Shown: positions 10,693 to 19,179 of the stretch, piece by piece
Layout of the letters: the number at the start of each line of letters is the position of its first letter
Position numbering within the stretch: position 1 is the first letter of the stretch
Assembly (NCBI GenBank): GCA_938002255.1
Contig: CALLAL010000003.1
Coordinates: forward strand, 65,639-129,638
DNA: 64,000 nucleotides
DNA from: an uncultured bacterium
GTDB taxonomy: Bacteria > Desulfobacterota > BSN033 > UBA1163
Direction: 5' to 3'
Position numbers and translations under genes: made by a program
The notes under the pieces: generated by a model
Seen by the model: only the letters and a program-made list of their open reading frames with translations
The model's database searches: none
What the model was told of the DNA's origin: nothing

Positions 10693-10962
10693 ATGATCGA
10701 AGTTTATGATTCCCTGATGATCTACTGTCCTCAGTTAGGCGGAGAGGTTCCTTTCAAATATTGCCGCACCCTTCTTCATGATCACCTCCCCTGCAGAAAA
10801 ATCATCATCTGCTGGGAATTTAAACTTGAAATTGGAAAATTTCTAAATGAACATTATTCACTGGAGCAAATTCAAAAAGCCCTGGCACCTCCTACCAAGA
10901 CACGAATGGAAACCATCCTCGAACTGATCGAGAAGGCAAAAAAGGTGAAAGAGGAGGGGTGA
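10693..10962 (+). CDS. Small hypothetical protein with four Cys, translationally coupled to the downstream aminotransferase
   Basis: An 89-aa ORF. Its 3' end carries the GAGGAGGGG SD of the next gene. Its own SD is weak. Confidence 0.35.
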   Translation: MIEVYDSLMIYCPQLGGEVPFKYCRTLLHDHLPCRKIIICWEFKLEIGKFLNEHYSLEQIQKALAPPTKTRMETILELIEKAKKVKEEG

Positions 10963-10966
10963 TCGA

Positions 10967-12061
10967 ATGCTCATCTCAGATCGTTTGGCCAATATCAAAC
11001 CCTCTGGTGTAAGACGGATCTTTGATCTTGCCCGTCAGATGAAAGATCCGATTAACCTCAGCATTGGAGAACCCGATTTCGATATTCCGGAACCCCTCAA
11101 AGAGGAGGGAATCGAATGGATTCGTAAGGGATTTAACAAATACACTCCGACCCAGGGAATTCCAGAGTTGCGCGAAAAAATCGCCTTCCATTTGAAAAAG
11201 AAAGGAATCTTTTTTGAAGAGGTGATGGTGACTGCAGGGGTGACCGGCGGATTACTCCTGGCCAGCCTCGCTCTCCTTAATCCAGGAGACGAGGTAATCA
11301 TTCCAGATCCCTTCTTTGTGATGTACGAATATCAGGTTCTTCTGATGGGAGGAATTCCTGTCTTCGTGGACACCTATCCGGATTTTCGTTTGAGGGAAGA
11401 AGAGCTTGTTAAAAAAATTTCGAAAAAGACAAAGTTCATCATCATCAATAGCCCTAATAATCCCACCGGTGCGATTTACCCGGAGGAAGATTTAAGGATG
11501 GTGGCCAGGGTTGCACAGGAGAGGGATTTACTCATTCTCTCGGATGACATCTATGACAACTTTGTCTTTGATGCGCCTTCCTGCCCTTCCATGGGTCAGC
11601 TTTATCAAAAGACAATCACTTTCGGCGGTTTTTCAAAAGGATGGGCTATGACTGGGTGGCGGTTGGGCTATGTCGCAGGTCCAAAAGAAATCCTCCAGCA
11701 GATGATGACCCTTCAGCAATACACTTTCTCCAGCGTTAATTCATTTGCCCAAAAAGCAGCGATCAAAGCGTTGGACTTTAATGTGGAGGGGTATATCCGG
11801 GAATATCGAAAAAAGAGAGACCTGATCTATGAAGGGTTAAGAGAAAAGTTTCGTGTCCAGAAACCCCAAGGAGCGTTTTACATCTTCCCAGAGGTTCCAG
11901 GTGGAAATGGAGAGGCTTTTGTAGAAAAGGCGATTCAACATAATCTCTTCATTGTACCCGGAAGCGTCTTTTCAAAACGGAACACCCACGTTCGGATCTC
12001 TTTTGCTGCTTCAGAAGAAACACTTCTAAAAGGCATTGAGGTCCTGAACCGAATTGGTTAA
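10967..12061 (+). CDS. Class I/II PLP-dependent aminotransferase (aspartate/aromatic aminotransferase-like)
   Basis: The motifs NLSIGEPDFDIPEP and NSPNNPTGAIY plus the SFSKGWAMTGWRLGY lysine region are present. Length is 364 aa. Confidence 0.8.
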   Translation: MLISDRLANIKPSGVRRIFDLARQMKDPINLSIGEPDFDIPEPLKEEGIEWIRKGFNKYTPTQGIPELREKIAFHLKKKGIFFEEVMVTAGVTGGLLLASLALLNPGDEVIIPDPFFVMYEYQVLLMGGIPVFVDTYPDFRLREEELVKKISKKTKFIIINSPNNPTGAIYPEEDLRMVARVAQERDLLILSDDIYDNFVFDAPSCPSMGQLYQKTITFGGFSKGWAMTGWRLGYVAGPKEILQQMMTLQQYTFSSVNSFAQKAAIKALDFNVEGYIREYRKKRDLIYEGLREKFRVQKPQGAFYIFPEVPGGNGEAFVEKAIQHNLFIVPGSVFSKRNTHVRISFAASEETLLKGIEVLNRIG

Positions 12062-12156
12062 GATTTTTAGCATAGAATATACACCCCCTCCCTTACCCTT
12101 TCCCTTGGGTGACTGTTCCACAATGGGGAGCGGGAGGGATGGGGGGGAGGGTTATC

Positions 12157-14259
12157 ATGTCGCATAAAGAAGAAAAAGTTCTCCTTGGAAATGAAGCGAT
12201 CGCAAGAGGCATTATAGAAAGCGGATGCCATTTTTTTGCAGCCTATCCAGGTACACCCAGTTCGGAAATCCTTCCGGCGATTGTTCGTTTCAAAAAGGAA
12301 AATCATCTCGATACGTATGTGGAGTGGTCCATCAATGAGAAGGTCGCCTTTGAAAATGCCCTGGTAGCCACTTATACCGGAAAAAGAGCTGCCGTAGCCA
12401 TGAAACAGGTAGGACTCAATGTCGCAATGGACCCCCTGATGAGTTCTGCCTACATCGGGACCGTTGGAGGTTTCTTAATCGTCAGTTGTGACGATCCTGG
12501 TCCCTTCTCCTCTCAGACAGAGCAAGACTCCCGCTTTATGGCGATGTTTGCAAAGGTCCCAGTCTTCGATCCTGCCAATCCAAAAGAAGCCCAGATGATG
12601 ATCCCTCTTGCCTTCGATCTTTCCGAAAAGTATCAGATTCCAGTCATTCTCCGACCCGTGTTAAGAGTCTCTCATGCTCAGCAGACCATCACGTTCAATC
12701 CCATTGCTAAAGTGGAACGAAAAGCTCACTTTGAACATAACCCTCAGCGCTGGAGTGCAACTCCGCGGTTTAGATATTTCCTCCACAAACAGCTCAATCA
12801 AAAAATTAAAAACATTGCGGAATCTTTCAATTCGATGACCGCTCTCAATTTTATTGAAAACGATAAGGGAAAAGCTAACCTGGGAATCATCGCCAGTGGA
12901 ATTGGATATTCCATGGCTCGAGATGTCCTTCTTGAACTTGGCCTTCAGGGAGATATTCCGATTCTCAAGATAGGAACGCCTTATCCCCTTCCCGTTGAGA
13001 TCGTGGAGGCATTCATCGAGAAATGCGATCACATCCTGATCCTTGAAGAGACTGAGCCGGTCATTGAACTTCAGATTCGGGATAAATCAAAACTCATTGG
13101 GAGACTTGATGGAACGCTTCCGAACGAGGGAGAGATGTTACCTGAAACGGTGACCCGGGTGATCTCGGATCTCTGCACAAAGTTCTCAATTCCTGTGCCC
13201 CCGATGATCTCCACAGCTCCCCTTGAGAAGATGGTAGCTGATTTGGGCCTTTCTGTTCGTCGACCAACCCTCTGCTCGGGTTGCCCTCATCGAGCCTCTT
13301 TCTATGCCCTGAAAAAGGCTTTTCCAAATGGCATCTTCCCGAGTGATATCGGATGTTACACCCTCGGGATGAATCTTGAATCGGTGGATACCTGTCATGA
13401 CATGGGAGCTGCCGTCACCTTTGCCAGTGGCCTTTACCAGGCCTATCATCAGGACGGTAAAGACATTCCCATCATTGCGACCATCGGGGATTCCACCTTC
13501 TATCATTCAGGGACACCAGGACTATTAAACGCCGTTTACAATGGGTCTAAATTTATCCTCTGTATCCTGGACAACTCCATCGTGGCGATGACCGGAATGC
13601 AACCCACTCCGGAAACAGGCATCACGGCAGATGGCCATCCTGGTAAATCGCTGTCCATTGAAGAATTGGTCAAGGGATGTGGGGTCAAATACCTTAAAGT
13701 GGTCAATCCCTATGATATAAAAGGAATGATAAGAGAGACAGAAAAGGCTTACCAGTACACCCTCAAACCGGATGGAGGCATGGCGGTCCTCATTGCCCGC
13801 TATCCTTGTATTATCAATCAAAAGGATCAACTGAAAATCAAGCCCATCAGGGTCGATATTCGTCATACCCCTCCGCCTGAGAAAGGACTTCCCCCGCTCA
13901 AGAGCAAAGAAATGCCCTCATCCCTTCTTCCGGTGTATCATGAAGACACGTGTTGTCAATGCGATACTTGCGTCATCCAGTGTCCTGAGGAAGCCATTAC
14001 CCGGGAGGGAGATCGTTATATCATTGACTATAGTAAATGCACCGGGTGTCGGGTCTGTGCTCAGGAATGCCCCACGGGAGCCATCGAGATGCCTGTGATA
14101 GGAGCCTGTATTGGCTGTGGTTACTGTCTTAAACGATTTGAGTGTCCTTCCCTGGTAAAGGGAGAGGAGGGTCGAGTGGTTATTGATCGATTGACCTGTG
14201 TCAACTGTGGCCTCTGCCTCGAAGTCTGCGCGCAAGAAGCCATTTACCAAATAGAGTAA
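12157..14259 (+). CDS. iorA: Indolepyruvate:ferredoxin oxidoreductase alpha subunit with C-terminal 4Fe-4S ferredoxin domains
   Basis: MSHKEEKVLLGNEAIARG...AAYPGTPSSEI and the TPP-binding region are present. The C-terminus has CxxCxxCxxxCP repeats. The ORF finder begins at 12109, but the ATG at 12157 has a GGGGGAGGG SD. Confidence 0.8.
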   Translation: MSHKEEKVLLGNEAIARGIIESGCHFFAAYPGTPSSEILPAIVRFKKENHLDTYVEWSINEKVAFENALVATYTGKRAAVAMKQVGLNVAMDPLMSSAYIGTVGGFLIVSCDDPGPFSSQTEQDSRFMAMFAKVPVFDPANPKEAQMMIPLAFDLSEKYQIPVILRPVLRVSHAQQTITFNPIAKVERKAHFEHNPQRWSATPRFRYFLHKQLNQKIKNIAESFNSMTALNFIENDKGKANLGIIASGIGYSMARDVLLELGLQGDIPILKIGTPYPLPVEIVEAFIEKCDHILILEETEPVIELQIRDKSKLIGRLDGTLPNEGEMLPETVTRVISDLCTKFSIPVPPMISTAPLEKMVADLGLSVRRPTLCSGCPHRASFYALKKAFPNGIFPSDIGCYTLGMNLESVDTCHDMGAAVTFASGLYQAYHQDGKDIPIIATIGDSTFYHSGTPGLLNAVYNGSKFILCILDNSIVAMTGMQPTPETGITADGHPGKSLSIEELVKGCGVKYLKVVNPYDIKGMIRETEKAYQYTLKPDGGMAVLIARYPCIINQKDQLKIKPIRVDIRHTPPPEKGLPPLKSKEMPSSLLPVYHEDTCCQCDTCVIQCPEEAITREGDRYIIDYSKCTGCRVCAQECPTGAIEMPVIGACIGCGYCLKRFECPSLVKGEEGRVVIDRLTCVNCGLCLEVCAQEAIYQIE

Positions 14260-14330
14260 GATAACTGAATCTTCCTCTCCCCTGGGGGACTGGGTCCCAA
14301 TCGGGAGGGGGAGGGGTGGAGGAGCATAGA

Positions 14331-14915
14331 ATGAACATTCAGATGATTATCTCCGGTGTAGGTGGACAAGGGGTTTTGCTTGTCACTCGGATCATCTCAG
14401 ACTATGTGCTTCGTGAAGGGCACTCCTTGATAGGCTCCGAAGACCACGGGATGAGCCAGAGGGGAGGGTCTGTCATTACCTATCTGAAGATTGGCGATTT
14501 CAATAGCCCTCTTGTCAAACGAGGAGGCGCTGATATCCTTTTATCCCTCGAAAGGAATGAAGCCTTAAAAACCCTTCATTATCTCCGTCCCTCTAAGAAT
14601 GGACAAAACGGAGGACTCGGGTTCATCAATGCCCCTGACCCGAACTACATGAACGAACCGATCAGACATTACCTCAGAGACAATGGAATTGAAATCCATA
14701 TCTTTTCTGCAGATCGGATTGCAATGGAGATGGGATCGGTCCAATCGACCAACATCGCCCTGATTGGTTTTGCCTCCGCTCATCCCCGATTTCCCTTTTC
14801 ACACGAGAAACTAAGAGGATCCATCGATCGGGTCACCCCTCCCAAATTCAAAGAATTGAGTTTAAAGATCTTTGACAGGAGCCTCTCCGAAGGTCAGAAA
14901 CTGATGAACTTGTAA
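14331..14915 (+). CDS. iorB: Indolepyruvate:ferredoxin oxidoreductase beta subunit
   Basis: MNIQMIISGVGGQGVLL is the IorB/pyruvate:ferredoxin-oxidoreductase gamma-like signature. A GGAGGAG SD sits before the ATG at 14331. Confidence 0.75.
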   Translation: MNIQMIISGVGGQGVLLVTRIISDYVLREGHSLIGSEDHGMSQRGGSVITYLKIGDFNSPLVKRGGADILLSLERNEALKTLHYLRPSKNGQNGGLGFINAPDPNYMNEPIRHYLRDNGIEIHIFSADRIAMEMGSVQSTNIALIGFASAHPRFPFSHEKLRGSIDRVTPPKFKELSLKIFDRSLSEGQKLMNL

Positions 14916-15058
14916 GTTCATTCGCTTGCGTTTCTGAAACAGATTGATTGGTCCCTCTCGTTTCCCTGCTATGAGGTCACACCCCATGTTACCATGATGG
15001 ACACTTTAATAGAGATTGGGTCGATCCCAATCAAAATAAACAAAGGGGGGAAGATTCT

Positions 15059-15379
15059 ATGACAACGAAAGAGATTTTTGAAGAGATGCAGAAGCGGATC
15101 GATGCGAACCCTGGAAAGCTCAGTGGGATCAAGGCGGTCTTCCAGTTTGAGATCACCGGAGCGGACCCCGGAAACTTCTCAGTGGCTGTAGGCGATGGCA
15201 CAGCAAAGGTGAGTCCGGGGATGGCCACTTCACCCAATGTGACAATCACCATGGCATCCAATGATTTTGTGGATATGATCGAGGGCAGGCTCGATAGCAT
15301 GGCCGCCTTTATGGGGGGCAAGCTTAAGGTTTCGGGCGATATGATGCTGGCCATGCAACTTCAGAATCTGCTTAAGTAA
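15059..15379 (+). CDS. SCP2 sterol-carrier-like domain protein
   Basis: SCP2-fold motifs FQFEITGADPG and GGKLKVSGDMMLAMQLQNL are present. Length is 106 aa. Confidence 0.7.
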   Translation: MTTKEIFEEMQKRIDANPGKLSGIKAVFQFEITGADPGNFSVAVGDGTAKVSPGMATSPNVTITMASNDFVDMIEGRLDSMAAFMGGKLKVSGDMMLAMQLQNLLK

Positions 15380-15589
15380 GACCCCCCGATTCAAGGGGAT
15401 GATCCGATTGATCCAAGGATCAATCCGACCGGTGGGGCCATCGCTTTAGGACATCCTATTGGCGCAACCGGTGCCATCTACTTTGGAGAGATGGTCCATC
15501 CTCTTAAGCGCACACGCGGAAAAACCGGTATTCAGATGCTCTTCGGCAGAGGAGATGTGGGGATAGCAAGGGGGATCGAAACCATTTGA
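15380..15589 (+). pseudogene. Thiolase C-terminal remnant (about 69 codons), in frame directly after the SCP2 stop codon
   Basis: The translation INPTGGAIALGHPIGATGAIYFGEMVHPLKRTRGKTGIQMLFGRGDVGIARGIETI matches the conserved thiolase C-terminus (NPSGGAIALGHPLGATG...CIGGGQG). There is no start codon and no upstream thiolase body. Confidence 0.5.
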
Positions 15590-15599
15590 TAAGATGGCT

Positions 15600-16121
15600 T
15601 CAGGCAGAATCTTTTTTCCAACTCGCCCTCGCCTTCTTCTTTTCCAGAATCTCTTTTTCGATCTCAGCAGGATTGCCGAAGTAGATACAGTGAGCGAGAC
15701 AAACATTATCAGCACACGCTGGATACAGCCCCTTGTCCACACGATGATAGCAGAGGTTGCACTTAGCAGCGGTCTTCTTTTCCTCATCAAAGAAGATAGC
15801 ACCAAAAGGACACCGTTCCATGCACAATTGACACCCCGTACATCTCTTGTCATCAAGAATAACAATCCCGTCTTCTCTTTTTTGGATGGCCTGGTCCGGA
15901 CAGACGGGCACACAGGGTGGGTCCTCGCAGTGTTTACAAACCCTCACGCGCCAGATCACATCGAGTCTTTCATCGATGAATCTGGGACCATCCTGCCAGA
16001 CAGATAGGTACTTTATTCCATTGGGCTCCTCAATCGGGTTAAATTCCTGCTGACAGGCCACTTCGCACGTTTTGCATCCCCAGCAGGCAAACTCTTCGAT
16101 GATCAAAGCATATTTATTCAT
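15600..16121 (-). CDS. 4Fe-4S ferredoxin-type electron-transfer subunit of a molybdopterin oxidoreductase
   Basis: Several CxxCxxC..C ferredoxin motifs are present. It overlaps the upstream catalytic subunit by 8 nt. Confidence 0.75.
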   Translation of the reverse strand: MNKYALIIEEFACWGCKTCEVACQQEFNPIEEPNGIKYLSVWQDGPRFIDERLDVIWRVRVCKHCEDPPCVPVCPDQAIQKREDGIVILDDKRCTGCQLCMERCPFGAIFFDEEKKTAAKCNLCYHRVDKGLYPACADNVCLAHCIYFGNPAEIEKEILEKKKARASWKKDSA

Positions 16122-18276
16122 GGTTCTTTCCTTCTTTCAGTGCAGGATAGATTCTGCAAAGCAGGGTTCTGATGTTTGAAGCACCCATGGCAGGATCACA
16201 GGTCTCCAGCCTATTGTCTGTGAGGATATTGATGTTGGATTCATCCCAACCATGTCCTGGATCCTTTTTCTCCGGAAACCACCAGGCATGCTGGGCTGCC
16301 ACGACCCGTGGATCTAAGCTGAGGTTGAATTGGGCACGCTGCTTCACCTTTCCCCGCGGAGATTCAATGATCACCCAATCCCCCTCTCGGATCCTTTCCT
16401 TTGCCGCTGTCTCAGGATGGATCTCAACGATTGGATCTCGGTGGAGGTCTCGAAGTCTTCTGATCTGCCGGTTTTCCGTGTGGAAGAATCCGGGCATTCG
16501 CGCTCCGGTGATCAGGAGGTAGGGGTATTCTTTATAAAGATCGGGAGCACTCACCGGGCTTTCCGGAGGTTCCCTGTATTGTGGAAGCGGGTCATATCCC
16601 ATTTTTTCAAGAACCGTTGAATATAATTCAAACTTCCTTGTGGGTGTGGAGAATCCAGCTTCTTTATACTTATAGTACTTCACCTCTCCTCTGAGGTAAT
16701 TCATCTTCTTAAACTCCTTCCAGGTGATGTTCATGGGATGAAGAATGTAATCGAGGGCCTGTTCGAAGTTCTCCCACCAGTACTCCCCCTGACCGATACG
16801 GCCGGCAAGATCATTGAGCATCTCATGATCGGACCGGCACTCGCCTACCTGAATGACTTTACGACGCGGAAGGAGATAGCCATGACGTTTCCAGTAGTCG
16901 CCAATATAGTCCATTTCAAGCCAGGTCGCTGCAGGAAGGACGATGTCGGCAAGCTCTGCCGTGGGAGTAAGGAAGAAATCGCTCACCGCCATGAATTCCA
17001 CTTTTTCAAGGGCCTGATAGACCTCTCTGGCATTGGCGCGGGTGGCGACTGGATTGGAACTGATCAGAAAGAGCATTTTTACAGGATACGGCTTCTCTTC
17101 AAGAATGGCATCCCAGACACATTTCGGCTGAAGGATGGCAAAGCGAGAGGCCAGACGGAAACGCTCCCCGCCCAATCGTTTGGCAAACTGTTCTCTTGAA
17201 AGCATTCCATGAGCACCAAATTGCCCCACATTGACCACGTTGGGAGGCCGGTTGAGGACCTGTCCTCCGGGAGCATCGATATTTCCGGTAATGCCCATGA
17301 GAGCCATAAGCAACCGATCATTATCCGCACAGTTGATCTGCTGCTCAATGGCCACTCCCCATTGAATGGCTGCAGGTTTGGTGGTGGCAAAAAGACGGGC
17401 TGCCGTTATAATCTTTTCTTTAGGAATCCACGTCATCTCTTCCACCCTGTCCAAAGGATATTCCTTCACCCTTTGAACAAACGGTTCCCAACCATGGGTA
17501 TATGTTTCGACAAATTCTTTATCGTAAAGTTCTTCCTGGATAATGACATGGAGCATTCCAAGGGCAAGGGCGGCATCCGTTCCAGGTCTCAGCCGAAGCC
17601 AAACATCAGCCCGTGCCGCCGGTCGGGTGAGTCTGGGGTCAACGACAATGAGTTTTGCTCCTTTGTCGAGAGCAACGGAGAAAGGCTCTCCTTTATACTC
17701 ATCAGGGTTGCTGATGGTGATATTATTTCCCCATACCATGATACATCTGGGAAAATTTTCATAGTTCACGATGGGATTGGTACCACAAGTGATGATGCTG
17801 GTGCAGATACGGGGACCGTAACAGAAATGGCCTGCAGTCAGAACATTTGGCGAGCCAAGGAGGTTGGCAATCCGGTAAATCACCGCTTCATTTTCTCTTC
17901 CCGTTCCATAGCCGAAGACAATCGATTCAGGACCATACTTTTCTTTATAATCGAGAATGCGTTGGGCGAGGGTGTCGAGAGCTTCATCCCATGAAATTCG
18001 TTCCCATTTTCCGCTTGCCTTTGGACCAACCCGTTTTACAGGATAGGTGAGCCTGTCTTTATGGTAGGCAAGCTGCGCTGAGGCAAGCCCTTTTGCACAC
18101 AGTGTCCCATGGGCAATCGGACATTCCGGGTCTCCCGCAATCTTAGCCACTTTCCCGTTTTTCATATAGACAATGACTCCACAACCTCCGTGACACATAC
18201 GGCAGTGGCTCTTGACATACGAATCATAACCATAGACCTCCATCTCCCGCTCAATATTCGAATAGCGAAACTCCAC
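16114..18276 (-). CDS. DMSO reductase family molybdopterin oxidoreductase catalytic subunit (720 aa, acetylene-hydratase-like size)
   Basis: The N-terminal CRMCHGGCGVIV...C Cys cluster is typical of MopB enzymes. Molybdopterin dinucleotide-binding regions are present. Confidence 0.8.
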   Translation of the reverse strand: MEFRYSNIEREMEVYGYDSYVKSHCRMCHGGCGVIVYMKNGKVAKIAGDPECPIAHGTLCAKGLASAQLAYHKDRLTYPVKRVGPKASGKWERISWDEALDTLAQRILDYKEKYGPESIVFGYGTGRENEAVIYRIANLLGSPNVLTAGHFCYGPRICTSIITCGTNPIVNYENFPRCIMVWGNNITISNPDEYKGEPFSVALDKGAKLIVVDPRLTRPAARADVWLRLRPGTDAALALGMLHVIIQEELYDKEFVETYTHGWEPFVQRVKEYPLDRVEEMTWIPKEKIITAARLFATTKPAAIQWGVAIEQQINCADNDRLLMALMGITGNIDAPGGQVLNRPPNVVNVGQFGAHGMLSREQFAKRLGGERFRLASRFAILQPKCVWDAILEEKPYPVKMLFLISSNPVATRANAREVYQALEKVEFMAVSDFFLTPTAELADIVLPAATWLEMDYIGDYWKRHGYLLPRRKVIQVGECRSDHEMLNDLAGRIGQGEYWWENFEQALDYILHPMNITWKEFKKMNYLRGEVKYYKYKEAGFSTPTRKFELYSTVLEKMGYDPLPQYREPPESPVSAPDLYKEYPYLLITGARMPGFFHTENRQIRRLRDLHRDPIVEIHPETAAKERIREGDWVIIESPRGKVKQRAQFNLSLDPRVVAAQHAWWFPEKKDPGHGWDESNINILTDNRLETCDPAMGASNIRTLLCRIYPALKEGKNHE

Positions 18277-18356
18277 GATGTTCTCCTCCTGAGAGTTCGA
18301 ATAGGAAAAATATTAACCCATAAACCGGATTTCGTGAAGTGTCTGAAGTCTCTAAA

Positions 18357-18584
18357 GGTAACCCCTCAGTGATGGGGTGTTTTTGGTTTAAAAGGGTTGG
18401 AACGTTCCTCCTCCAAAACCTTGAAGAGCGGTTATAAAAGGTTACCCCCATCGGGGCCCTCATGCCCTTTGAATCGGATTTTTTTGAATCAGATTGGGTC
18501 GTTTTGACGAACAGAGGTTTCGCTTAAAGGTTTTTCCGAAAGAACCTCCCAACCCTTTTTTATTTCTTTAACTGAGGGGTTACC
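18357..18584. mobile_element. MITE-like non-autonomous element: 14-bp perfect terminal inverted repeats flanked by a 6-bp direct repeat
   Basis: The left terminal inverted repeat GGTAACCCCTCAGT is at 18357-18370. The right one, ACTGAGGGGTTACC, is at 18571-18584. The direct repeat TCTAAA lies at 18351-18356 and again at 18585-18590. There is no ORF inside. Confidence 0.5.
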
Positions 18585-18602
18585 TCTAAAGGGCAGGTAA
18601 TC

Positions 18603-18631
18603 TTGACAGGATGTTTGAACTCTGATAAGTT
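18603..18631 (+). promoter_or_regulatory. Sigma70-like promoter candidate for the CMD-family gene
   Basis: TTGACA, a 17-nt spacer, then TAAGTT, about 65 nt upstream of the ATG at 18697. Confidence 0.3.
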
Positions 18632-18696
18632 GCCATCATTGTCCACACCTTTGAAAATCATCGTCAAGTCATTTTTATTAAAGGAGAAGCCCAACC

Positions 18697-19098
18697 ATGG
18701 CCAATAAAGACGAATTAAAGAACAAGACCAAGGAAGCAGCCGCTCAACTATTCGGTAAAGGGATCAAGATGAACCCTCCCTATCTCCTGTGGAAAGAATT
18801 TGACAGAGAATTGGCAAACGATTTCTCCATGTTTATTACTGGCAACCTCTATTCCAGGCAGGTGTTAACTCTTCCTGAGAGACAGATGGTTGCATGTGCC
18901 ATGTTGGCAGCTCTTCGCGCCACCGAAGAATTAAAACTCCACTTAAACGCTGCCTTAAATGTTGGCTGTGACCGAAGAAAAATGGCTGAGATCTTATTCC
19001 AGTTAGCCCCCTATGCCGGCATGCCGGCTGTAAACGAGGCGCTTGAAGTCTACCGGGATGTCCTGAAGGAAAGAGGGGAATGGCCCATCCATTCATGA
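18697..19098 (+). CDS. Carboxymuconolactone decarboxylase (CMD/AhpD-like) family protein
   Basis: A 133-aa protein with CMD family features (PERQMVACAMLAAL...LAPYAGMPAV). Confidence 0.7.
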   Translation: MANKDELKNKTKEAAAQLFGKGIKMNPPYLLWKEFDRELANDFSMFITGNLYSRQVLTLPERQMVACAMLAALRATEELKLHLNAALNVGCDRRKMAEILFQLAPYAGMPAVNEALEVYRDVLKERGEWPIHS

Positions 19099-19179
19099 TT
19101 CCTTATCACCATTCCTTGTCCTCTATGGATATAGCCATCATTTGAACACAAAGGGTATTTTCTTTTATAAAGATAAACC

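Noticed and set aside
18398-18415. TTGGAACGTTCCTCC as a possible sigma-54 -24/-12 promoter
   Set aside because: The spacing and bases do not fit TGGCAC-N5-TTGC on either strand. The segment is better described as the GGAACGTTCC palindrome inside the MITE-like element.
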